From contig OY970194.1 in NCBI GenBank assembly GCA_963708075.1, positions 1,504,001 through 1,568,000 on the forward strand: a stretch of DNA of 64,000 nt, written 5' to 3'. This stretch comes from Sedimentisphaerales bacterium. Its GTDB lineage: Bacteria; Planctomycetota; Phycisphaerae; Sedimentisphaerales; Anaerobacaceae. This document shows, in pieces, positions 1 to 10,052 of the stretch (the stretch's first letter is position 1; each line of letters opens with the position of its first letter). The position numbers and the translations under genes were made by a program. Under the pieces are notes generated by a model. It saw nothing but the letters and a program-made list of their open reading frames with translations. It was not told the origin of the DNA and did not search any database.

Positions 1-90
1 AATTCTCTCGGCCCGCGTCAGGACATTGCGGTGCCGCACCAATGCATCTTTGAGTCTAAGTGAACGGTCAATTGACATCGAATCTTCTCC

Positions 91-1020
91 TTATCGAACT
101 TTCATGCCATAGGCATCGCTGAAATACTTCGGTGCAAACGATTCCGAGCCCGGCGGGGCCTTATACCCGCGGCCGAGCTCCTTTATTTTCTGCTTCGCCG
201 CATAACCATCCGTACCCGGATTCTCGGGATTCTCATAGTAAGGGGCGACAAGCATGAAGCCGCCTCTGTTGCCCAGCACGCTCGTGTTGATGCCTTGCTG
301 GGCAAGATAATTCCGCAACTTATCTACGGCGAGGATCTCCGTGTTGATACCATTCTGTCTGAAGTACTCCTTCACCGGCACCAGGTCCCTCTGCTCGGGG
401 TACTGGGCCAACACAATCACATGGTCGCCTTCCTCGACAGGCGCCACAGTCGTCGCGCCACCGGTATCCGGGGCCGCTGTTTCCCTTACCGGTGCAGGCG
501 CAGGAGTCTCCGCTCTGGCGGGACTCGGCTCCACCTTCGGAGCAGGCGCCTTGGCCTTGCCGGAGACGCTGCTATTGACTGCCGGCAGGCGGTACCGGTG
601 CTGCATCTGCCCAAGCCGAAAGGCGCCGAGCATGAGCAGGACGCTAACCAGCAGGACCGTAACGCCAATCGTATAGGGCAGCGAGATTTCGACCCGCCCG
701 TCATGGACCTGCACAGCCTTCGGTCGCAGCCGCGGCTGTACCGGGCGAGGCTGCAGCTCAGGACGCTCCACCGGACGGACCGGCTTGACTATCGGCTCAG
801 GCAGCTTCTCGGCCACCGGCTTTTCCACCGGCGGCCTCAGCGGCTCCACTTGCAGCTTGACCGGCTCTACCTGCAGCTTCGGCTCTTCCATCACCGGGGG
901 CTGGGCCTCCTGCCCGCCGTTGCCGGGATGCAATCGCTCTAAGATCCCACGCCGCCGATACTTAGCTTGCGTCTTGGCAATCGCTTCGTACAACGCCTTT
1001 TGTCCGGTATAGCGTTTCAT
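91..1020 (-). CDS. Hypothetical membrane-anchored protein (Pro-rich linker, one TM helix, C-terminal extracytoplasmic domain)
   Basis: ORF 91..1074; ATG at 1020 (MKRYTGQKALYEA) is the more plausible start; TM segment IGVTVLLVSVLLMLGAF; short tandem repeat KLQVEP. Confidence 0.7.
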   Translation of the reverse strand: MKRYTGQKALYEAIAKTQAKYRRRGILERLHPGNGGQEAQPPVMEEPKLQVEPVKLQVEPLRPPVEKPVAEKLPEPIVKPVRPVERPELQPRPVQPRLRPKAVQVHDGRVEISLPYTIGVTVLLVSVLLMLGAFRLGQMQHRYRLPAVNSSVSGKAKAPAPKVEPSPARAETPAPAPVRETAAPDTGGATTVAPVEEGDHVIVLAQYPEQRDLVPVKEYFRQNGINTEILAVDKLRNYLAQQGINTSVLGNRGGFMLVAPYYENPENPGTDGYAAKQKIKELGRGYKAPPGSESFAPKYFSDAYGMKVR

Positions 1021-1297
1021 AAACAGCAAGCTCCGTTCCAACCAGAGTCCTTGAACCAGCCCGGCGGCGAGCACTTCCGCCCCGGACGGCCCGTAACCGT
1101 ATCCTTATACCGGATTCCCCCCGCCCTTGCAAGGCAAAATTCATGGTGCTTAGTGTTAAACGGTACAAGGCAATAGGGGCAACCAATGGGGGTGGCAGCG
1201 GCAAGCGGAGCCTGCGGAGCTTGCCGATGGTGGTTCGTAGCGTGCCAGAGCCATCGGCAAGCGTGCGTACGCGTATAGCACCGGCAGATTTGACTGC

Positions 1298-1388
1298 GGG
1301 TGGCACGGGCAAACTTGTTGCCCGTGGGCTTTCGAATGGTCAAGCCCGGTCAAATGAGCACCGTTAAACGAGTTTGGCGGTGCCACCC
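1298..1388. repeat. REP-like inverted pair GGGTGGCAC...GTGCCACCC; partial copy at ~8082-8100
   Basis: gggtggcacgggcaaacttgttgcccgtg hairpin followed by inverted ...ggcggtgccaccc; gggtggcacgggcaaac recurs near 8082. Confidence 0.55.
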
Positions 1389-1540
1389 GGCCTGCGAGGA
1401 ATCCTACGCGAGACATGTACTGCGCTTGCTGCTGCCACCCGGATTTCGAGCGTATGAAGCCCGCTCCGCCGCAGGGTACAGTCGCGCCCCGCTACGATTG
1501 CCCCGCGATTCTCTTCTGGATCGACGAGAACTACCCGGGG

Positions 1541-4500
1541 CTACGGGTCTTCGGAGAACAGCGATCTCCAGTCGCCGAGCTCGTATTCGAACGTGTAGGA
1601 GCCCGGCCCGGCGTAGTCGAACAGGTGCAGGAGGCTCTCCTCATAGGGTTGCCAGGGCGGCTCACGTACGGTGCGGCGAGTGGTCCACGCGTTCGGGCCG
1701 ACCGGGATGGCGACGCCGTCGGATCGGGTCACCGCCACAAGCTTGAGCTTGCCCTCCGTCGGGTCCGGATAGCGAACGTAGAAAGGCCCGTCGGGCACGC
1801 CGACAACGGCCAATCTGATCTGGACATGGTCTCTGATTCTGGTCAGCTCATGGACCATGCGTACGAGCCCGGTCACCGGCTCCGGCCACACGGAACCATC
1901 GCTGAGGTAGACGGTGTCCGGAAGGCCATAGGTGTTGCGGCCCTCGTACGTAAGGAAGTCGCATGCACCGTCGTCGCCGAACCAGGTAGCCCGGACGGCG
2001 TGCTCCAACTCGTGGACGCTGACATTGCCCGCATCGAGCGGATACCTGCCGCCCAGCCCATCCATCTGGACGACCTCGACGTTCCAGCTCTCGAGCCTGC
2101 CCTCGAAAGACGACTGCATCACCCAGTGGATCACCTTCAGCTCATTGACTTCCATATCGCCAATTTTGATCTGGAGTGATGGACTCACGTCATTCGGTCC
2201 GATGCTTACGGCGACGACGTTGGGATCAGGCAGACGCTGGTTTGCGTGGTCGACGATCTTGGGCGGCGATGCAACGATCCAGACATCCTTCGCCGTGGCG
2301 TAGCCCTGATTGCGCACGATCAGACCCAGCGAGAAGGGTTTCGCCGGCTCCACCTCTTTCGTGAACGGGTCGTCGCCGTGAATCTGCCGCTCCAGGAAAT
2401 ATCTGGCCTCCACCTTCAGCGGCGGCAGATCGCTGTAATCGAGGACATAGGCGGCCGGCCCGCCGAAATCGAACAGATGCAGCAGGCTGCCTTCGTACGG
2501 CGGCTTGTCTTGTGCCGGAACGAATTGCCGAGTCGTCCACACATTCTCGCCGACGGGGATTGCGACGCCATCGGAGCGGGTCATGCCCTTCAAAGTCGAA
2601 ATGGACAGAGACGTGTCAGGGAACTGGACGTAGAAATAGCCTGCGGGAGCGCCGGGGATCGTCAGGTAGACGTGGTTTCCCAGGACCGCGATCCTGGAGA
2701 GCGTGTGCGGGATCGCCGTGACGGGATGGACGGAGCCATCGCTCAGATGCAGGGCGTCCGGCAAATGGGTGCTCGGTGAGTTCGTCAGAAAGTCCGGGAT
2801 TCCATCATCATTGGGGAGGACGGCCCGAACCACGTGCGACAATTCATGGATGGGCGTCTCACCCACCATAGCGAGCCGCTTGTCGCCAAGTGCATCGGCG
2901 TACATGAAGCCGGCCCTGTAATCGTCGAACCAGCCTCGCAGGGATGACTGCATGAGCCAATGAACCACCGTGTTGGCCTCGGGCCGGATGTCTCCCAGCC
3001 TGGCATTGAGCACTGGAGGAATCGCGTCACGTCCAACACGCGTGCCGACGATCTTGAAGTCGATTGGCCGCGCCTCGCCATCCTCGACAATCCTCGGCTG
3101 CGATGTGACGACCTGCACGTCGCTGGCAGCGCCGCAGCCGTGATTGGTCACCATCATGCCGAGCGAGAAAGGCTCGGCCGACTCGATGGCATCCGTGAGC
3201 GGGTCGTCGCCGGAAACATCACGTTCCAGGAAATACTTGACCGCCAGTTGCGGGTTCGGCAGCACGGTGATCGAGGCCGGGTACAGGACCGTGGTGAACG
3301 CCTCGCCATCGACCAGATAGGACAGCTCGCCGCTGACATCATAATGCTGCGGTTCCGCACACGCGGCGTTTATCGCGGGAGCAATGAGCCACTGGGCGGC
3401 CAGCGACCGGCCCGCCGGCAGAGCCCCGGCCCCGCTGATATCCTCGATCCCAGTCACCTGCGGCGCTTGGATGTCGAACAGGAACTCGCTGCGAGTACCG
3501 TCCTCATCGCGGATCGCCAAGGCGATTTTCATTTTCTCGAGAGGAATCGTGCTGCTGTTGTCCAGTTCGAGAGTGGCCGCAAACGGGTCGTCCGCGAGCA
3601 TGGTATTCCGGTCGATCCGGATCCGGACACGCGCTTCACACGCAGGACATCGAAGGGCCTGGTCCACCAAACCATTATCCTCCGCGGCGGCAGCCGCCGG
3701 GCCGGTGCCAACGATACCGTCGCCACGAGGCGGCTCGTAGCGGACCCCGGCCTTGGCGAAGAACGGAGTCGTGTACGGGAGATCGTCGTCGCCGCATCGG
3801 AGGCTGTAGGACAATACGTGCGTGCCGACCTCGCACTGGTTGGGGTCGCCGCACGGTCCGGATGCGCCGGCGGACAGGCTGGTGTTGTGAATGCGCACCG
3901 GCACCTCGACGGACGCCTTAGTGGGCAGGTCGATCGTATCGACGAGAGGAATGAACTCGAATCCGGCAACGTCCTCGAAGGTCAGTTTGACGTCTTGCGC
4001 GTCAAGGAGACCATCGTTCCTGAAAGTGTATTTGACGTCGGTGTCTCCTGCCGTCAAGTCACACAGGTTAAGCAGCAGCGGTTCCACAGTCACTACAGGC
4101 ACCGGGGCGTTTATCACAGAATCCGCTTCGACCTGGAAATCGTAACGACCCTCGGTCTGACCCGACAGGACCGTCCACTGGTAGGTGACCAGTCGCCGCG
4201 GGAGAAACGCCGTCAGTTGAGCCCGGCTCCCGGCGGCAATCCGCAGCATTGTTCGGGACGTCCCATGGCCGTCGGCATCCACCTCGACATTGTAGTGTGC
4301 ATCCGGCAGATCGGAGAACTCCGCCACGCCGCTGTCGTTTGCATCGGACGAGCCAACGATTTGGCCGGTCTGCGCGTCAACGACTTTGACATGGGCCCCT
4401 GCCGGCTTCGGCTCGCCTGGAGCGTAGAATGTGAGTTCATCCACGGCCGTGACAGTGAGACTGCCGACGGCGGCGGATACACAGTCAAAGTGAAACGGCA

Positions 4501-6583
4501 CTGTCACTTCGGCCTGGCCGTCGCCCACGACAAGACTGCCGTCGTAGAGGGCCAGGGACATTGCCGCCTCCGGCCTCAAGTGCAGCGTCACGGTGGCGCT
4601 TTCGTTCGGCTCCAGAGGCTCGATGTCCTCAGGCGTCACGAGCGACATCCACGCGGCGGTATCCGCTGGAAGGCAGACCGTCAGGGCATCGGTCGATGAG
4701 CCGCCGAGGTTCACCACCTCGAAGTCCACGAGGGTCTGATCGCCCCGCACCATGCCAGCCGTAATCTCACGCGGGTACGTCTGCAGGACGGCCGCAATCG
4801 GGACTATCTCCGCGTGCACGTGCAATGTCGCCACTGGCGTCTGTCCACGTGAAATGACTACATCGAACTGGGCATCCTGAACCGACGCGTCGATAGCCTT
4901 AACCGAGTACTTCAATGGTGCGGAGGCCTTCGGGCCGAGAGTGTTTGGGCAATTCGGCTCGATGACAAGATTGGTGGGCGCGTTCTCCACGCGTGCTGAG
5001 AGCCCGGAAAGCTCGACATCCCCGAGATTCCGAACCGTGACGCTTCTTTCAATGCGCTGCCCTGCCAGTACCCGGTGGTCCACTGCATTGGGCTCGATAT
5101 CCGCTCCGAACAGCAAGAACTCATCTTCGGACGGCTCATCCGCAACGTTCGGACGATCCGCGGAAACGAAGTACCGCCCCGCCTCTGTCCCGAACGGCTG
5201 CCAAACGGTCTTGAAGTGGCCTGATGCGTCCGTCGCTACTGCCGGCAGCTTCCGTCGTATCCCCTGGGTGGTGACATGGACGACAACGTCCACGTCAGCG
5301 GCGGGTGTGTCATCCACCCAGATCGCCTGTCCGGCGAAGGTTACGGGAGTCCCTGCGGGAGCTGCCTCCAGGTCCGTTTGCACCGTGGCGGAATAACCCG
5401 TCTCCGGTGACATCACGACGACAGTGATTTTCGCTTCGGCTGTCGCGCCGGAGGCATCCGTGCCCGAGAGAGTAACCGTGTATTTCCCTTCGGAAAGTGA
5501 CTTTTGAAGGATTTCGCCCGCGCCCCATCCTGCGTCAACATCGGGCTGGCCGTCGCTTTGCCTGCTGAAAGTCCATGTGTAAGTGAACGGCGGCAGGCCG
5601 TACGCGTGTGCAGCCTCAAATCGAATCATCTTACCTGCGACATGCTTGGCCTCTGTCGCGGGTGATGTGATGCTTACTGCGAAGGTTCCGTTGACAAGGA
5701 TCGTTCCATCAGCACCTCGATGTTCATCCGTGCCGTTGCCGTCCCCACCTCCCGACACCGAGAGGGTTCCACTGAATGTGGAGCTTGCGAAGTAGAGGGC
5801 GATTCTTCCGCCTCCCCCACCGCCCGCTCCCGCAACTGCAGGATTCCGATTCCGGCCGCTGTTGCCGCCGTTGGCGACAATGGCACCCGCGCCGGAAAGT
5901 CTGCCTGCTTCGAGGTAAATGGAACCGCCCGCCCCCCCTCCACCGGAACAAGTGGCCCACTCCGTCGCTTTGTTATCCGCCCATCCGGCGTAGGTACCTC
6001 CATCCATCCCGCTGGCAGTGATTCGCCCATCCAGACGGAATTCTCCCTCGGCAATGATCCGAATAAAGCCTCCGCCGTAGGCTCCGGGGGCAGAAATGTT
6101 CTTGTAAACGCCGGTCCCTCCGCAACTGCCGGGCCACAATGGGGCAGCGATACTGTCATATGTCTCCCCACCGATGGTACCTGCATCTCCGGCTCCGCCT
6201 TTGCCGCCGTGCCCCCCTCCGGCCGCATTCTTGCCATTGCCGCCCACACCCTTGCCGTCTCCTATGATGGCGCCGATCCCATCGAAATCGATGGATGCGC
6301 CGGCCTCGATGGTCACATTGCCCAGGACTCGGAGAAACGCGCCGCTTTCCTCGGAGCAGGTTAGCATTCCCCCGTTCGTGATGGTAAGACTGCTGAAAAC
6401 GTGTGCTCCGTTTATGATGACCGTGCAGCCACTTATGGTGATGTCGTCCCTGTCGTACCTGCCGTCGCCGGTCTTGATCGTCGTGTCCTTGGTCAACTCT
6501 GTCGCCCCGCACACCGCGGAACACGAACACAGTAAGGACAGAAGGAATGCCCGGGACATATCAAGGACCCACTTGCCTCTCAT
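1541..6583 (-). CDS. Large secreted multidomain protein (signal peptide, Gly-rich N-terminus, Ig/PKD-like domains, duplicated C-terminal domain)
   Basis: 1680 aa ORF; hydrophobic N-terminus; GGGAGGSI/GGGGGGRIA motifs; two similar ~280 aa C-terminal modules. Confidence 0.85.
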   Translation of the reverse strand: MRGKWVLDMSRAFLLSLLCSCSAVCGATELTKDTTIKTGDGRYDRDDITISGCTVIINGAHVFSSLTITNGGMLTCSEESGAFLRVLGNVTIEAGASIDFDGIGAIIGDGKGVGGNGKNAAGGGHGGKGGAGDAGTIGGETYDSIAAPLWPGSCGGTGVYKNISAPGAYGGGFIRIIAEGEFRLDGRITASGMDGGTYAGWADNKATEWATCSGGGGAGGSIYLEAGRLSGAGAIVANGGNSGRNRNPAVAGAGGGGGGRIALYFASSTFSGTLSVSGGGDGNGTDEHRGADGTILVNGTFAVSITSPATEAKHVAGKMIRFEAAHAYGLPPFTYTWTFSRQSDGQPDVDAGWGAGEILQKSLSEGKYTVTLSGTDASGATAEAKITVVVMSPETGYSATVQTDLEAAPAGTPVTFAGQAIWVDDTPAADVDVVVHVTTQGIRRKLPAVATDASGHFKTVWQPFGTEAGRYFVSADRPNVADEPSEDEFLLFGADIEPNAVDHRVLAGQRIERSVTVRNLGDVELSGLSARVENAPTNLVIEPNCPNTLGPKASAPLKYSVKAIDASVQDAQFDVVISRGQTPVATLHVHAEIVPIAAVLQTYPREITAGMVRGDQTLVDFEVVNLGGSSTDALTVCLPADTAAWMSLVTPEDIEPLEPNESATVTLHLRPEAAMSLALYDGSLVVGDGQAEVTVPFHFDCVSAAVGSLTVTAVDELTFYAPGEPKPAGAHVKVVDAQTGQIVGSSDANDSGVAEFSDLPDAHYNVEVDADGHGTSRTMLRIAAGSRAQLTAFLPRRLVTYQWTVLSGQTEGRYDFQVEADSVINAPVPVVTVEPLLLNLCDLTAGDTDVKYTFRNDGLLDAQDVKLTFEDVAGFEFIPLVDTIDLPTKASVEVPVRIHNTSLSAGASGPCGDPNQCEVGTHVLSYSLRCGDDDLPYTTPFFAKAGVRYEPPRGDGIVGTGPAAAAAEDNGLVDQALRCPACEARVRIRIDRNTMLADDPFAATLELDNSSTIPLEKMKIALAIRDEDGTRSEFLFDIQAPQVTGIEDISGAGALPAGRSLAAQWLIAPAINAACAEPQHYDVSGELSYLVDGEAFTTVLYPASITVLPNPQLAVKYFLERDVSGDDPLTDAIESAEPFSLGMMVTNHGCGAASDVQVVTSQPRIVEDGEARPIDFKIVGTRVGRDAIPPVLNARLGDIRPEANTVVHWLMQSSLRGWFDDYRAGFMYADALGDKRLAMVGETPIHELSHVVRAVLPNDDGIPDFLTNSPSTHLPDALHLSDGSVHPVTAIPHTLSRIAVLGNHVYLTIPGAPAGYFYVQFPDTSLSISTLKGMTRSDGVAIPVGENVWTTRQFVPAQDKPPYEGSLLHLFDFGGPAAYVLDYSDLPPLKVEARYFLERQIHGDDPFTKEVEPAKPFSLGLIVRNQGYATAKDVWIVASPPKIVDHANQRLPDPNVVAVSIGPNDVSPSLQIKIGDMEVNELKVIHWVMQSSFEGRLESWNVEVVQMDGLGGRYPLDAGNVSVHELEHAVRATWFGDDGACDFLTYEGRNTYGLPDTVYLSDGSVWPEPVTGLVRMVHELTRIRDHVQIRLAVVGVPDGPFYVRYPDPTEGKLKLVAVTRSDGVAIPVGPNAWTTRRTVREPPWQPYEESLLHLFDYAGPGSYTFEYELGDWRSLFSEDP

Positions 6584-6826
6584 TTTTCTCCTCTCGTAGA
6601 GAGCGATGCATCACCGTTCATCGCCTGCAAGGCGAACCTGAAATACTCCCGGCGGGCGGCTCGCATACACCATCAAAGATAGCAGGACCTGTCGCGTTTG
6701 TCAATTGCGGGAACTACGTAATTTTGAGGCAGGGGACCGCTTTTCTGACCCGAGTGCGGCATAGAAGAGCCATGCGCGATACAGGTCGCGACATCAAGCG
6801 CGGGCGATGGCACGCCGCTCGCTTGA

Positions 6827-7972
6827 TCACAAGGCCTGGAGCTGGATTTCGATCTTGATCCTGCCTTCGTCGAGGCGCTGGATGTCCAGTTCAAGAGTGT
6901 CGCCGACATCGTGGCTGTCGAGGATCTTGAAGAGGTCGCCCGTGCCTTTCACCTGCTTTCCGTCGATGCCGACGATGATGTCGCCGGGGACGATCTGGCC
7001 GTCTTCATCACGCGTCGTGGGGCGCAGTCCGGCCCTTTCGGCGGCGCTGCCTTCCATCACGGAAAGAACCAGGACGCCTTCCAGGCCGAGCCGCTTGGCG
7101 ACTTGATCCTGCGCGATGCTGATCCCGAAGCCAGGCTTGGTGGCGGCGCCGGTGCGGATGATCTGCGGGACGACGCGGTTGATAGCGTCGATGGGGACGG
7201 CGAAGCCGATGCCGGCATAGGCCCCGGAAGGGCTCAGGATGGCGGCGTTGACGCCGATGACGCGACCGGCGCTGTCGAGCAGCGGGCCGCCGGAGTTGCC
7301 CGGGTTGATGGCCGCGTCGGTTTGAATGACGCCCTGGATCGGCCGTCTCGTGGCGGCCATGATCTCCCGGCCCAGGCCGCTGATGATGCCCGTCGTCAGC
7401 GTCTGGTCGAACCCGAATGGATTCCCGATGGCGTACACTTTCTGGCCCACTTCGAGCTTCTCCGATGTCCCGAGCGGAATCGGCGGCAGGAGACTCTGCG
7501 GCGCGTCGATTTTCAGAACGGCGATATCCTTGTCCGGCTCGGTCCCGACGAGCAACCCGGTCCGCACGGACCCGTCCGAGAGAGTGACACGTGCCCGCTG
7601 CGCGTTCATCATCACGTGGTAGTTCGTGACGATGTAGCCGTTATTATCCCAGATGAAGCCGGAGCCGGCGCCCTGGGGGATCTCCAGTGCCCGGAAGTTG
7701 AAGAAGTCCGTTTGCTGTACGAGGCTGGTGATGAACACGACCGACGGAGAGACGGTCTTGAATAGCGAGATTGTGCTTTGCTCGTCCGCCGCCAGCTCGC
7801 CGCGAGCCGTAATGGCGCGGGGCTCAGCCCGCTCGTTATACAGGTCGTGGAGCCAGTCCTTCGCTTCGGAGAAAAGGAGCAAGCCAACCAGAAGCAGCAG
7901 GATAATCACGAGCCAGTTGTGCGGCTGGCCTTGCCCCGGGTACATGCGTCTCTCTTTCAGTTCCATAGCCAT
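6827..7972 (-). CDS. HtrA/DegP-like trypsin serine protease with PDZ domain
   Basis: GSGFIWD, TNYHV, DIAVLKI, IQTDAAINPGNSGGPL catalytic motifs; C-terminal PDZ (SAAERAGL...GDII). Confidence 0.95.
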   Translation of the reverse strand: MAMELKERRMYPGQGQPHNWLVIILLLLVGLLLFSEAKDWLHDLYNERAEPRAITARGELAADEQSTISLFKTVSPSVVFITSLVQQTDFFNFRALEIPQGAGSGFIWDNNGYIVTNYHVMMNAQRARVTLSDGSVRTGLLVGTEPDKDIAVLKIDAPQSLLPPIPLGTSEKLEVGQKVYAIGNPFGFDQTLTTGIISGLGREIMAATRRPIQGVIQTDAAINPGNSGGPLLDSAGRVIGVNAAILSPSGAYAGIGFAVPIDAINRVVPQIIRTGAATKPGFGISIAQDQVAKRLGLEGVLVLSVMEGSAAERAGLRPTTRDEDGQIVPGDIIVGIDGKQVKGTGDLFKILDSHDVGDTLELDIQRLDEGRIKIEIQLQAL

Positions 7973-8630
7973 TTTCTCGGTTCTCCACTCTTTGTTCGGG
8001 CCTCACGGGGTCCGGAATCATCGTGCGATTCTCTGGTCCTTCCATGGACCATGTGCACTGCGACCGAAGAGTTCATCGTTTGGGTGGCACGGGCAAACAA
8101 GTTGGATGCGTCCCATCCTCAAGATTTCACGTCTACCGCTGGGCTGTCCCAGGCATTGTCTCGTACAGGAGCATAAAGCCACCAATGGCACACCTCTACA
8201 GGCTTCTCCCTGATTTGAAGGCAGGTAATGACAACCCCCGGGGTCCCATGCAGGCGGCACGGAGTGATACACCACTTCAATAGTATGGTATCTCTCCATG
8301 GCGCCGAGGCGACCATCCCTCGCGTCAGCCAGTCCTATGCCCATCAAAGAGGAAAAAAAGAGAGAGCGCCGTCATTCAAGATGCGGGTAAACATGGCCTC
8401 TGGCTCGAAATTCGAGGACCCTACTAAAATAATAGGCATAGTGGGGAATTTTACTGATCTCCTGATGTCACTGTACCGTATAATAGTGTCAGCGAAGGGA
8501 CTCGCATGTCGGGTGAATTCCCATGCATGGACTGGGGTATTTGGGGTAGGTGAATGACCATCAGGAATCTGAGCTAACGAAGTCCGGCTGGATGCATGGC
8601 TTCATGTAGTCCCTGGGGAGGGCGCTGTCG

Positions 8631-10052
8631 ATGCTGTTCAACTCCTACACGTTTGTCGTGTTCTTTCTGGTTGTGCTGGCTGGCTATTACCTCACGCGGT
8701 CGTGGACAGCTCGAAAAGGCATCCTGCTGGCGGCCAGCTACGTGTTTTACGCCGCTTGGAATCCCCCATTCGTCATTCTTCTTTGGTTCTCCACGGTCGT
8801 GGATTGGCTTGCCGCCAAGGGCATACACGCCAGTTCCTCCCAGCGCAGGCGCCGACTGCTCATGGCGGTCAGTCTCGTGGCCAATCTGGGTCTCCTGGGA
8901 TACTTCAAGTACGGCGGATTCCTCGTGGACAATTTCCTTCTGCTGATGCAGGCCCTCGGCCTGCATGTCTCGCTGGCCACGCCGAACATCATCCTGCCGG
9001 TCGGCATCTCCTTCTATACGTTCCAGACACTGTCGTACACGCTGGACGTGTACCGCCGTGACATCACACCGCCGGACTCGTTCCTGGATTACGCTCTCTA
9101 TGTCACTTTCTTCCCTCAACTTGTAGCCGGCCCGATCATTCGCACAGCCGACTTCCTGCCCCAGTGCGCAGAGCCCAAGCCCTTCTCCGGCAGGGCCATG
9201 GGATGGGGGCTGTGCCTGATGCTCCTGGGACTCTTCGAGAAAGTGGCGGTTGCGGACGGCATCCTTGCGCCGATTGTCGAGGCTGTCTATGACACAACCG
9301 ACCGCCCCGATCTCATCAGCGCCTGGTGCGGCACGTTCGCCTTTGCCGGCCAGATCTTTCTGGATTTCGCCGGTTATTCGCTGGTTGCCATCGGAACCGC
9401 GTTGTGCCTGGGTTTTGTCATCCAGGACAACTTTCGATTCCCCTATGCGGCCGTGGGCTTCTCCGACTTCTGGGGACGCTGGCATATGTCCCTATCGTCA
9501 TGGCTTCGGGACTACCTGTACATCCCGCTGGGCGGCAGCCGGAAAGGCCCTTTCAGGACTCTCGCCAGCCTGATGATCACCATGCTGCTCGGCGGCCTCT
9601 GGCATGGCGCCTCCTGGACGTTCGTGATCTGGGGCGGCTTGCACGGACTCTACCTTGTGTTGGAACGAGGCATCAGGAAGATCGTCCCGTGGCATTTCGG
9701 GAGTGGATCCATCGCCCAGGCGCTGATTGCGTTGTTGACGTTTCTGCTTGTCTGCGTGGCGTGGGTGTTCTTCCGGGCCCATTCGTTCGGCCAGGCGTTC
9801 GATGTTACCGCCGCTCTGTTCGGGTTCGGCTCCCCTGAGGTTGTGCGTCTTTTGAAGCCCGAATCCGTCGTCCTGTCGGTCGCCGTGACACTCATTCTGC
9901 TGAGCGTGCATTGGTTCATGAGAGATGCCTCGATCGCGTCGATTGTCACCCGGGTCCCGTGGTGGGTCAGGTCGCTGGCATTGGCCGCCCTGGTGCTCGG
10001 GATCATCGGATTATCAGGAGAAGACCGTGCGTTCATCTACTTTCAGTTTTAG
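8631..10052 (+). CDS. MBOAT family O-acyltransferase (AlgI/DltB-like)
   Basis: MLFNSYTF start, LPVGISFYTFQ, FFPQLVAGPI, FWGRWHMSLSSWLRDYLYIPLGG, GLWHGASWTF, C-terminal FIYFQF. Confidence 0.95.
   Translation: MLFNSYTFVVFFLVVLAGYYLTRSWTARKGILLAASYVFYAAWNPPFVILLWFSTVVDWLAAKGIHASSSQRRRRLLMAVSLVANLGLLGYFKYGGFLVDNFLLLMQALGLHVSLATPNIILPVGISFYTFQTLSYTLDVYRRDITPPDSFLDYALYVTFFPQLVAGPIIRTADFLPQCAEPKPFSGRAMGWGLCLMLLGLFEKVAVADGILAPIVEAVYDTTDRPDLISAWCGTFAFAGQIFLDFAGYSLVAIGTALCLGFVIQDNFRFPYAAVGFSDFWGRWHMSLSSWLRDYLYIPLGGSRKGPFRTLASLMITMLLGGLWHGASWTFVIWGGLHGLYLVLERGIRKIVPWHFGSGSIAQALIALLTFLLVCVAWVFFRAHSFGQAFDVTAALFGFGSPEVVRLLKPESVVLSVAVTLILLSVHWFMRDASIASIVTRVPWWVRSLALAALVLGIIGLSGEDRAFIYFQF

Noticed and set aside
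2960..4699. 579 aa plus-strand ORF
   Set aside because: Antisense to the 1680 aa protein; Arg-rich shadow composition
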